A DNA stretch of 55,618 nucleotides, counting the filler, from Dirinaria sp. TL-2023a (lineage: Eukaryota): NCBI GenBank assembly GCA_051941275.1. It is 2 parts of 2 records of this genome, joined end to end, with 100 filler letters (N's around TTAATTAATTAA, not from the genome) between each part and the next. Parts side by side here need not be neighbours in the genome. Positions count along the whole stretch, not along the records: positions 1 to 27,785 come from JAVEBF010000135.1; 1 more part is not named here. The stretch is one strand, 5' to 3'. How positions within the stretch are numbered: the stretch's first letter is position 1; each line of letters starts with the position of its first letter. Of this stretch, positions 12,285-24,300 are shown piece by piece. A program made the translations under genes and the position numbers. Below the pieces are notes generated by a model that saw nothing but the letters and a program-made list of their open reading frames with translations, had not been told where the DNA came from and did not search any database.

Positions 12285-14422
12285 ATGGAGACGACAGAAA
12301 AGTGTGCCAACCCATTACTCCTGGCTTTTCTCAAAGAGTGGTGGGACGTGGCAAAAGAGAGGAATTCTAAGGGGGCAACAACGTATCTCATCGGTATCCC
12401 CTATCTGTGCAATCATCGCTTATGCTCACCAGCTACAAGAAAGCCTATGAATCCATGAGGGCGTGTCCCTTGACCTTCTCTCACCCTTCCGAAGCGCAAC
12501 AACTACATGGCCTTGGTCCGAAGCTGTGCGATCGTCTAGCTGAGGAGCTCAAAAAGCATTGCGCAGCAAATGGCCTGCCAATGCCGCAGAAGTGTACGCC
12601 ATGGAGGCACCTGAGATTTACATTTTGCTGATGGACCATAGCACGAAAGCGCCAGAGTCTCGAAGGACCCGAAGTAGCTGGAGTGCAAGCCCCAGCCCCT
12701 AAGAAGCCCCGAAAACCTAAGCCATACGTGCCTTCCTTTCGTTCCGGACCATACGCAATAATCCTCGCGCTCGGCTCTCTTGAAGAAGACTCAGATCAGA
12801 GGCTCACTAAACCTGAGGTCATTGAACGGGCTCAGGAGCACTGTGACTCGTCCTTTTCTGCCCCAAGTGAGCCTGGAAAATTCTACACCGCTTGGAGCTC
12901 TATGAAGACCTTGGAGGAAAAGGACTTGGTCCATGCCAAAGGTAGGCCGGCTCGCAGGTATGCATTGACAGAAGAGGGTTGGGAGGTTGCGCGCAGAATC
13001 CAAAGCAGTGTTGGTGGACACGGACTGTCGAGGGAGGCAAACAATCCGCAACCTCCAGAAGATGTCCTTACCGTTCAGCCGGATGGATTGAAAGCGCCAA
13101 AAGAGGATATACCAATATCAGCGTCTTGGAATGATTTCGTTGACCTTGGCGATGACTCGGATGATGTCGATGTTCATGTAGGCCAAAAAGCCGACCAGCA
13201 ACTTATTTCCGCCAGAGAACCCTCTTTGAAAGGAACGGGCATAATCGAACATAAAACTAGAGGGGCATCTGTTGATAAATTTGATACTTTTCCTCCAATT
13301 GAGAAGCGCCAACGCTCTCAAGCCTGCCGCTTTTTTGATATTTCTTCAAGTCCAGAGCCAGAATCTGCACTACGATCGGTCAAACCACTATCAGATCGGG
13401 ATCCGAATACAGTCACCAATGTCCCTTCTCGTGCGACATGCGCGACAGGTCATCGTGCCAAATCTCCAAAACAAGTTAGCGATCGCACTGCGGAGGAGAC
13501 ATTTCCCAGTTTTGAACCAATCGAATTAAAGCCGGGAACCTTTAGCGTGCAGTTGGTGCTCGATAGCAGAGAAGTTCGTGCCAAAGAAGACCGGGATTAT
13601 ATCCAAAAAGAGCTCATCAAGAAAGGCATCAGGCCCGAGGTGAGAGCCTTGGAGCTCGGCGACATATTCTGGGTTGCTAGATGCAACGATCCGAATCTCC
13701 TGTCTCGCTACGGCGAAGAAGGCAACGAGGTTGCTTTGGATTGGATAGTCGAACGCAAAAGGTTGGATGACTTAATTGGGAGTGTTAAAGACGGTAGATT
13801 TTACGAGCAGAAATTTCGGCTCCGAAGATCTGGTGCACAGAACGTGGTCTATCTCATCGAGGATATCACTCTGAGTTCCGAACATGCAACCAAGTACCAC
13901 GAAATGATGGAATCCGCCATTGCATCGACGCAGGTCGTCGACGGGTACTTCGTCAAGCGTACGGCTAAGCTGGACGACACCATCCGCTACCTTGCTCGCA
14001 TGACAGCCATGCTCAAAGATACATACGAATCCAAACCGCTATTTGTGATCCCCACCACTTATCTCGACTCAACGACCTATCTACCGCTCCTGAACCATCT
14101 TCATTCTACCCATACCAAAGCTTATAACATCACTTATCCCTCGTTCGCGTCTTTGGCTTCAAAGTCGGATTCGCTGACGCTGCGTGACGTCTATCTCAAA
14201 ATGTTGATGTGCACTCGGGGTGTGAGTGGGGAAAAGGCTATTGAGATTCAAAAGCTGTGGCCGACTCCGAAAGCGCTCGTCGACGCTTTCCGTCAGTGCA
14301 AGGATCTGCAGAACAGTGAAAGGATGATCGAAGCCAAATTAGGGTCTCATCCTGTCGGCCGTAGGAAGATTGGAAGGCAGCTCAGTGCTAAGATTGCTGG
14401 TGTATGGCACAAAGCACCCTGA
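12285..14422 (+). CDS. MUS81: Crossover junction endonuclease Mus81
   Basis: Exons 12285-12382, 12433-12593 and 12642-14422. N-terminal CANPLLLAFLKEW and HhH (LHGLGPKLC), winged-helix region (PYVPSFRSGPYAIIL), ERCC4 nuclease motifs LVLDSRE, LELGD and ERKRLDDLIGSVKDGRFYEQKFRL, and a C-terminal HhH (MLMCTRGVSGEKA). Confidence 0.95.
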
Positions 14423-14776
14423 CACATTTAGAATATAGCGTTCGTTGGTCGCGTAATTGTACATAGCACCAATCTAATCCAGCTATCTATGTATAGTCCG
14501 AACCTCATTTTACACCATGCAATCAATAATGATCCAGCTAGACCGCCTTGATGCCAAGGCGCATTTTGACTGCGGGCGGTCCTGCGCCTTTCCGCAAGTG
14601 GCAAGCTTGAGATTCAGGCTGGAAGCTGTTCCTCCTACCCAGATAAAAAATTGGATGTACTCATCATGATGCCCCAGCATAATGATCACTGCTTCTGGTG
14701 AAGCTGCACGGCCCAAAAGTCTCACTGTATCAGCGCTCTGCGTGTACGGCCCTTGGCCGTAGTCAGGCGGCCGAGT

Positions 14777-17502
14777 ATGGTCGCACCTGCTGTTCCTGAG
14801 TAAGTACATGTTCAATCGCTCCACTTGTGCGAAGCCTGGATCAATCCGTACACTGTGCTCGCTCAGATCCTACCTGAGTACGATCCATCATTATGGGGAA
14901 GCTTAAGCAGCTCAATATGGGCATTGAGGTCACTCCAAGTGCCGGCTATGGAGCTCTTGCACCTGTTTCTTCACGGCCCGGAGCCATTGGCGCCATCGAC
15001 GCTCCAGAACCGCGCATCATCGTCACACCATACAGAATTTCTGCTGACAGGATTGAGCCTGTTGCAGGACGAGCTCATTCCCTTCAGTAATACATTCGAG
15101 CCAGTAAACAAGAGCAAAGCTGATACTTGCTCGCCACAGGATTATCGAAGATGAGATCGAATCCGCCATTGATAGTCGAAATGACTCATTGCAGGCTCTT
15201 CGTGAGCTGGGTCCTCCCGACTTGGTACATCTGGTGAAACAAACCGTCAAGTCTGGTGCTCGACAGGTGAGCGCCAATCCATTGACAAGCCTCAATGGGA
15301 CAGCATGTAATTCAGCTCGCAGACCGGCGTCTATCATCATGTTACCGGCGTAGATGCTTCCTCGTCCGCTAGTCTGGCAGCCTACGTCAACACCCTTACC
15401 TACTCGCAAACGGATAAAACCCAAAAAGTAATTTCTGGACTGTATTGGTGGGTTTAGCCTCAACTCGTCACACAATCTCAGATTTAACAACGTTCAGCTG
15501 CTACAATGCCTTTTCTCGTTTGGATATGCGGGTTGATGTGAAGATCCCGGGCGGCGTGGAAAGTTATTGTATCGATGAAAGAGGAGATAAACGCGTTGCC
15601 TCAGACACCCTATGGCTGGAAACATTCCTTTGTGGCGTACTGCGGGCCTATGCTTATGCAGACGACGGCAGTGGCGACAGTATTAAGAGGATTATCGGTG
15701 TACGAAGATTTGATCCAATCATGAATACGGAAATTGAGCACAAATTTTTGGACGCTGCAGAGCGACTGTTCTTCAAAGGTAAGAGCATATATTCGCGTCC
15801 ATATAGCTTCAGCTAATCTTTCTGCAGGGTGGCAGCTCGGATCAGAGCCCGAAATCCAAGTTCCAAATTTAGTCTCTAACCACCTCACTACCGGCCTTCT
15901 GAGCTACATACACACTACTGGAAGATACACCTCCGGTATTAATCTCTTCGAGAAACTCAGAGATCGAGACACAGAAGTTTCGTCGCTCCTCGCTCGGATT
16001 CTTTTGGCTGCCGACGAAGAGGTTCAAGCCGTCCAATTGCTACATGACGCAATCACTGAACTACCAATGGATTATTCGCTACTCGATTGCCAGTCAACCT
16101 TCTGTCAAAGCAAAGGTCGCTTGGATTGGGCGCTGGAGTGCGCTAAGCGGAGCGTTACAGCAGCACCAAGCGAATTCGGCACTTGGGCAAAGCTTGCTGA
16201 GATCTACGTGGGCTTAGAGCAATGGGATCTTGCCCTATTGACACTGAACTCGTGTCCGATGTTTACGTATCAAGACAAAGACGCGCCTCGTATGCCAGAG
16301 CCGGCTCGTGTGCTGCTTCCTATTTTGCCCGAGACCGTACTTGATGAGTTGGATGAGTCTTCACAAGGTTATGATAGCGAACTGGTGCATCCTTCCTTAC
16401 GCAAACTTCATGCTGCAGGGTACAAAGGAACCTTTTTAAAAGCGTATAGCCTACTAACGGAAATAACTTCGAAGATTGGATGGGATCAGCTGCTCAAGAT
16501 ACGCAGTCAGGTCTTTGTAATGGAGGAAGAATATCGAAGCGAAAAGCAGACGGGTCATAACTCGCAGTCAGTAGTTAATAAGAATGCCAGCACAACCGCT
16601 CTTAGGGGTACAAGTCCGAGTCCAGGATCGAACGGCGATAGCAGCATGGATCATGCGAACGGAGACATTGAGAGAGCATCCACTGCAGAAACAGCAGTCG
16701 ATGAATCGGTTATCCCGACGGGGCTGGACGGTACTGTGCTCACAGCTGGGGAGTCAATTGAGAAGCCCGAGCATACTGTGACATCAGAAGAAGCGAAAGC
16801 CGGCAGCGAAGATGTAAGCGAAGCATCCAGGACCCAAGCGAGTTGTCGTACTGACGCTGTCTATCTATAGTCTGACCCATCCCACACCACCTACACACAG
16901 TTCCATAACAAGAGACTTTGCGAGAGATGGCTGGACAACCTCTTCATGGTGCTCTACGAGGACCTCCGCATCTATACGATCTGGAGAACAGACATGGCCC
17001 GTTCTGCGGCAGATAGCTCGTCCACCGACTCCCCCAATAATACTTATCACAAATCTGCCGAGGAATGGGAAATTCTTGGCGATCTAGCTGAACGATTACA
17101 TCACGACCAAGAAGCAGTGGAAGCTTACCAGCATTGCTTACGTGTGAGGTTCAGCCCAAAGGCCATGAAGGGTGTCATGGCTTGGTACGAAAAGCAGGGC
17201 AGGTATGGCGACGTGCTCCAGGCAATGATCAGATTGATCGCTTGGCAGTACCGGTGGTATTCGGAGGTAGGCTCCCCCCTTCAGAAGTCGAAGCGGCTCG
17301 AATGCATGATAGATGAATTGACAACAGCATGCAGTTCTCGCCAAACTTGTTGCGCACAGTTCGCAAACTTATAGAAAACGAGGGTGCGGTGAAAGTGCGC
17401 AGCATTGTCCAAGCTACCAGTCTACCGCAGCCGGTGCTGGACCTGACACATCATTATGTGGAGCAGTGTGCTACCTTTAGGAGTACAGGGAGCGATGGTT
17501 GA
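14777..17502 (+). CDS. BCH1: ChAPs family (Chs5-Arf1-binding) exomer cargo adaptor, Bch1/Bud7-like
   Basis: First exon MVAPAVP(E) at 14777-14799. Introns at 14800-15139, 15267-15322, 15448-15497, 15779-15827, 16814-16870 and 17267-17334. ChAPs motifs LRELGPPDLVHLVK, GVDASSSASLAAYVNTL, CYNAFSRLDMRV, ALLTLNSCPMFT, KRLCERWLDNLFMVLYEDLR and EWEILG. Confidence 0.9.
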
Positions 17503-18314
17503 ATTGAAGGTGTGAAGTTCTTGTAAATATTCTGTAGCTCCGATGCTTACCGCTCCGAAATCCTGATATGTCCAAGATTCGTAATTTCTGTCGCTACCCT
17601 TCTTCCCAAACATAGATGAAGGAGCGTGTGGAATTATCAATGATTTAGAGTACGCCTGCATCAACACTTTTTTTTGCCTTATACTCTATAGCGAGACCAG
17701 TTTATCGTGTTTTCCCGGCCAAGTGTCTGATGCGTTGTTGGACATAAGATTTGCTACGATGTCAGGGGTTTTCGGAAGGGAATGAGCATATCTGCGACTT
17801 TATTACAATACCGATAAGTCTATCGAATCTACCTAGATAATGTCGATACGATCATGCATGCAACAAAGCGAATTCCAAAAGCTCGTTCGCATTTCGCGAG
17901 GTTCGAACACACAGCTTAGATAGTCCAAATTGCTGACTAAGGCAGTTGAAAGTTGAAAGTTGCCCCGCAGCGACAACACCTGAGTCACAGCTGCTAGCGC
18001 GAGAATCAACAACAGCTTTTTGTGATGACACAACTTCTCACCATTAAGCATACATCCCATCAGTGTGCCCCAATTATCTCACCCCCTCCACTGCGATCAC
18101 AAATAAAACTCAACTTGGGCCTAGGCTAAAATCGATAGCGAATTAGGGCTTTGTTGAGGAAGATCAAGAAGTGGGCTGACTTTGGGTCATTGTACTGCCT
18201 TGTGTACTCCTTCTCACCGGCTTATTGACTTCGAACTCTCAATCAAACCCGATGGAAATGAGTTTTTATGAAATTTAGGTGATCCCGCGACAATCGATTT
18301 TACAAATCTGTACA

Positions 18315-20788
18315 ATGTCAGCGAGCCCTCGAATTTCTCGGGCCATACGCCCGGGACAACCGCCCCCAAGGCGGCAAAGGCTCGATAGCTTCAAGAATCC
18401 TCAACCACGTCCTCCACCCTCACTCAAGCAGAATAACCCTGCCAATCAGCCGAGTAATGCTCGGGAATGTCCCAATCCCGAGTGTCTGGACAAAGACGTG
18501 GGCGAAGAAGATGGCCAGATTATTTGTCGAGGGTGTGGAACCGTCATCAGTGAATCGAACATTGTGTCCGACGTCCAATTCGCAGAAACCGCGAGCGGTG
18601 GTCACTTGATGATCGGTCAGCATGTCGGCGCCGACCAAGCCTTTGCCCGAGGAAGTTTGGCAGGATTGAGGAACGCGGGTGGCATGACCGGTCGAGAAAT
18701 CACCGAAGCCAACGGTATGTTTTTCAAAGTCCCAAGCCCTGGTAAGCACTGTTGAGACGTTGACGTAGGCAAACGTTATATCAATCAAATCGGTGCGGCT
18801 TTGAACATGGGTGAACGACTTACTGGGGCCGGCTTGCAAGTCTTCAAGCTTGCCGCGAGCCTAAATTTCATCCAAGGTCGTACGACCAGCACTGTTGCTG
18901 CAGTGAGCCTCTACATAGCGTGCCGCGCCGCCAAAGGGAGTACGCACATGCTTATAGATTTTGCCGACATACTGCAAGTCAGTTGCAAACTCCTTTCTCT
19001 GTCATAGCTCTCCTTCGTACTCATCTCTCGTAGGTAAACGTATTCAGGCTTGGCCAGGTTTACAAAGACTTACTCAAGGAAATTGGGCTGAACGGAACCG
19101 GTTTCGTCGTTGAGCCTATCAGTCCTGAGGGCATACTCGAGCGTTTTGCCGATAGACTTGAATTTGGCAATGACCGGATCGCAGTTGCGAACGATGGCGT
19201 CCGCATTTTGCAGCGTATGGACCGAGACTGGATGACTCCTGGCAGAAGGCCTGCTGGCGTATGTGCTGCCGCTCTTATAATCGCGGCTAGGATGCACAAC
19301 TATCGACGTACAGTCCGCGAAATGGTCTTCGTTGCCAAGGTAGCAGCAGCGACAATAGATAAGAGGCTTGAGGAGTTTAAACGGACTGCGAGTAGTAGGC
19401 TCACCATTGAGGAATTCCGCACCATTGACCTTGAACGATTCGAAGATCCACCGGCATTCTCTGAGAAAGATTCTCAGGCAAAGTCAAAGACCCGGAAACG
19501 CAAATATAGAGACGTAGACGATGATGGCGACACAGAAATCGACTCTCGGCGTGCAACGCCTGCGGCACCATCGTCATCATTGAATGTACAAGCGCAGACT
19601 TCCGGTAGCTCCCCACAACAAACCCAAGACGATCGACAAAGCATGCCACCACCACCTAAACCAATCGACACTTCACTAGCTCCACGTGAGCCTCCAAGCA
19701 AGCGAAGACGAGGTCGTCCGCGAAAAGCTAAGCTTCCAGTAAAGCAGGGCCAGCCTCTGGCCTCCCCTGCTCCTTCTCAGGAACTCCCACTGGACCCAAA
19801 TATTACCACCGCTATGGCGGATCCATCTTCCGTCGCTCACGCCGCAGCCCTGACGCAAGTCCTTGATACGGACGCCGCCGCGGCATCACCACCAGCAACC
19901 CAGCACGATGCTGCACTCACTACTCGTCCCCCAATCCGCATGACAGAAGAAATTTCCGACTCTGAATTCGATGCCGACTCTGATCTCCTGAACTGGAAGC
20001 TTAGCACGGAAGAAATTAAAGTCAAGACGCGCATCTGGACACACGACAATCGAGACTGGATACGCGCCCAAAGTGCTAAGCTGCTCAAGCAGCAATTAGC
20101 TGAAGCAAACGGAACGGTACCGCAAGTGAAGCGCCGAACCCGTCACAGAACGCGGATGGGAGACATGGCATCCTATCGCCGCGAGAGCCTAGGAGATGCT
20201 GAAAGCGCGGAAGGTGGAGCAATATCAGGCGATGAAGATAGCATGCCTGCTCGAGATGCTGCAGAAGCTACGATGAAAATGATGAAAAAGCGGGGCTACA
20301 GTAAGAAAATAAACTACGACATTGTACGGAAGACCTACCAGCCCAGCTCCAAGGCTAGCAGTACAAGTGGCAGTCGCAGAGAGAGCGTGAGTGGTGCCAG
20401 TGTTATTGCGCAAAGCCCAGGTGCTGGCGATCTGTTCGAGCGACCGAGCACTCCTGGGTCTATCGAGGCCACAAAATCTGGTTCCACCGCTCGTGCCGAA
20501 GGTGCAGAAGCAGTGGCGAGTAATGAAATCCAAGAACTGGCTCGTGAGGAGAAAGAAGAGCGGAGCATGACAGGGCTCGGTGCAGGAACGCGTAATCTTG
20601 ATCCACTCGAAGAGGAAGAGGAAGAAGACCATCCGGATGATTACATCGACGAGGACGAGGAAGCACAGGAAGGTGCCCAAGAAGAGGATGGTGGGGATGA
20701 GGAGCTCGAAGATATCTTGATGGAAGCAAGGAAACGGGCCGAAGAAGAGGAGGAGGACAACATGGAAAGTGACGAAGATTACGATTGA
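18315..20788 (+). CDS. BRF1: RNA polymerase III transcription factor IIIB subunit Brf1
   Basis: Exons 18315-18714, 18769-18977 and 19034-20788. Zn ribbon CPNPEC...CRGCG, TFIIB cyclin repeats (FIQGRTT...AVSLYIACR; RMDRDWMTPGRRPAGVCAAAL), C-terminal TBP-binding block (YSKKINYD) and an acidic tail. Confidence 0.93.
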
Positions 20789-21388
20789 AGTAGTCAGTAT
20801 TTTAGAAAGAAAAGCCACCAAAAAGCATCAGAGATACCCATTTCAGCTTGGGAAGAAGTTTACATGTTACTGGACTTCTAGCAAAAGGCACTGTCCGCCT
20901 TGACAAAGCACGGAGATATGGCCACGAGTGCAAGTCACGGGGCTATTTAGTCTTAGAATTTCGATAGAAATGTATGGACTTCTTCATGCTATCCAGTAGT
21001 AGGTATCGGGTCAAGTGAGGTACTTGCAGGTTCAGCAGAGTAAGTTACTGTAAGTAAGAAAGTCGTCAAGTCGTCATTCTAAATGCCAAGCCACTATCTA
21101 AGCGAGTTACCGTATTGGCCGCTCGGGCCGGCAGTGAAGTCTCGGCAGGCTGTTGGCGCGTTCTTCCGACGCCTCTTTTGGATGCCACTACCTTACCTAA
21201 GGCACCTAATCCGGGACTGTACTCTTTAACTTACACTTACTTCATACTCACTCTGAGCTCACGAAAGCTTTAGTTATCTTTCTCAAGCAGCTGGAAGCCC
21301 TTGATCGTATCTCTATGGGGGTTTCAAGCATCTCGCAAAGTTTCTGAGACACCGCGGAGGCTTGTCTGGTATATATCTGTTCTCAATC

Positions 21389-24300
21389 ATGGTATATATT
21401 CTGCGTGCCTCTGATTTTACTACGACTTGAATGCTGATGATGTGCCAAAGTCGGGCTTCACAGCTCTCAATATCGAACCCGAAGAGGACAGCGAAGACGA
21501 GATCGACGATAGCAAAGAAATCCAAGTTTGTGACCCCTGCAACTGAAGTGGCACGTGACTCAGCTGGAAGATAACCTGACATCAGCATAGATTGAAGAAG
21601 CTCTCAAATCGTATCAGAACGCTTTGAGACTACATAGTCAAGGACCGCGCTATTTTGTAGAGGCGGAATTAGCCTATAAGACCCTGTTTCGGTCCGAGAT
21701 CTTTTCTTATCCCGAAAGTCTTCCCTATACCAAGCAGATCGACCTGTATGGCGACTTTGAAGATCTCGATGACGGAACAGAAAGCACCGCCCCAGGCACC
21801 ACGGCTCTGCCGACGGTCAGTGCGGATGAAGCCCCTAACACATTGAACCAAGTCCTATTTCTAGCGCGTAGAAATTGGGGCCAGTATCTGCTCGATCGGC
21901 TGAAAGAGCATTTGTTGCAAGTTCAGAGGAGGCCCGGAGAGCACGAGGATCCCCTCAAATCTCAACTTGTGCGGGACACTGTTGTAGACATTCTGGAGTG
22001 TTTCGTCGAAGCAGTCGATCGTGACGATACAGACTCGCAATTATGGCGGTTAATTGCCAAACTCAGCCTGTTCCTTGGTAGTAAACGCTTGGCAAGATAC
22101 TGTTTGGAAGCCGTTCTTGATACCGAAGACGCGGGTGCTGATGCATCATTTGAAATGCGGAACCTCGAAGAGAGCTTCGCAGCGGAGCAGCTGAAAGATC
22201 TTATTCGCACGCTCGATGATGACGTTTCAGAGTCTCAAGCGGTAACGGCACCTGGCAAGAGTTCAAATCTTCTAAAATCTTTAAGGAAGCACATGGATCC
22301 TTGCCCCTTCCTCCCCACGTCTTCGGACAAAATCGCCGGCACTGATACGCCACTAGGAGTTTCAAACGTTTTTATAGATCGACGAGACATTCCTGTAGCA
22401 ATACGGACATGGGGAAGTGTCGGTAAGGCCATACAGCACCAAATCAGTCATGTTGAGCAAGGAGCCGCTGGCCTACCCTTCGGCGCAGCATATATCATCA
22501 TTCTGCCTGACCCCGCAAGCGGCAGACAAGAACTAGGCCGAGTAGTGGCTCCTTTAAACATTGAAACGGCCACCGGCCCTTTACCAAGTGGAATTCCATT
22601 AGCACAAGCAAATATAGATCAACCTCTCAATGCGAAAACGGTCGATGGATTTGCCGATGTATTATCCCCTGCATTCATAGCAGAGACCAGTAATCAGAGA
22701 TTGGCACCGGCGCCGGTTGATTCGATAAGGACAGAGGAAGGCGAAACGACCGAGAACCCCAACCGTAGCTCAGTTCAGTTAGCCGCTGAAGTACGTCCGG
22801 AACGCAGTGAACAAGGCGCTGCGACGTCCGGGGCAAAAGACGTGCCGGATACCCCACTTCTGGAATCGCCGAGGACAATGTCCCTGCCGACGCGCAAAAG
22901 GTCCTCTGAGGCCGCAGGTCTCCCTGAGCCAACCGACTTGGGACGATCCAAGAGTAAAAGGATCAAAGCTCGAGAGTCGGCACCAGAAGCAGCGGCTGAA
23001 GATTTGACGCGGTACTATGACGAGCAGCTCCACGACCACACACAGGCAGATCGATGGCTTTTCGAATTCGTAGCCAACATCCTCGCCAAGCTAGACGTGA
23101 AGAATTCAAGAACTTACGATGAGCTTAAAAAAGCGTTTGCCTCTTCACCGACCACAATTTATAACGACATGGAACCAAGAGACCCGATGACGGTGGCAAT
23201 TCAAGACATGAAAAGTATACTCATGTCTTGGAGTCCCGACAAGAGTAATGCTTTCTTAGGGAAAACGGACGCTAACAATGACTTTGGAGGCGTCAATGGG
23301 GCGCGCAACTTCACGTCTTACCTTGAAAACTCTAAGCGTGGTCCACAGCACATTTCAGATCTGCCTCCCATGCCTGATGATGAGGGCTTAGTAGATCTAG
23401 TCACCGAGATAAATCAAAATTGGACTCATTTAGATCAGCTCGCATTTGGATGGATCAAAGGCCTACTATCCTCTAAGCCGCGTGGTGGGGACACGAGTGA
23501 CATTGTGGCCTCTGCTTATGAGCGATTTGTTTGGACTTCTTCTCTCAAAGAGACGGCCGTTCAAGTGCTTGTCAATAAAGACGATTTTATTTATCGCATC
23601 ATTATAGATGAGACAGAAGCGCTCGATGACCGCCTCATTGGATCACGAAAGGAATCGAACGTTAGCTGTTGGGGATGCCAGGACGAACAATTGTTCAGGC
23701 TAGCGCAGAACATTTTTGAGCTTCACCTCGATGTTTATGAGAGAATTACAAATCCAAGCAGCAAGGTAGATCTCGAGACCCGTGCCAAGCAACGAGACCG
23801 CCTGGGGCGCTGGGCGGCTCTCACTTACAATATTATCAGCCAAAGAGCCGAAACCGATCCGGACAAGGACGAGCTAAGGATTCGTTTTCTCTGGTCATCT
23901 GTACTTTATGTTAATTTAACAGATGCTACAGCTCGCGATCACGTTGTCCTGTGCTTTCAGGACCTTAAGCGGATACTACTTACTGCTCATATTCAAGCCA
24001 TCATGCTTCCAAACAACGCGGCAATGCCTGAAATATCTCACGAAGCTGCCGACCGGGAAATATCGAGTTTGACCACAATGGACTTCTTCCTAGGGATCTT
24101 CAATTCGGAGAATAATGAACCCATAGCTGTCATCGAGAGCCTGGAGCCGATCTTGCAGAGATCGATAGGAAACGAAACACTACCATCTCAAGAGAGAGGC
24201 GACCGTCGAGACGGTTCAAATAACAATGCGGATAGGACTACATCTCCTTTAGACAAACCACAGGAGTCGAAGCAGAATGCGCCGGCTATTGGGTCTCCTA

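Noticed and set aside
18019..18103. GTGATGA with a flanking 8-bp inverted repeat (snoRNA-like)
   Set aside because: No CTGA D box at the 3' stem and no identifiable guide sequence.
20225..20821. 198-aa hydrophobic minus-strand ORF
   Set aside because: Antisense of the acidic GAA/GAG-rich Brf1 tail; a compositional artefact.
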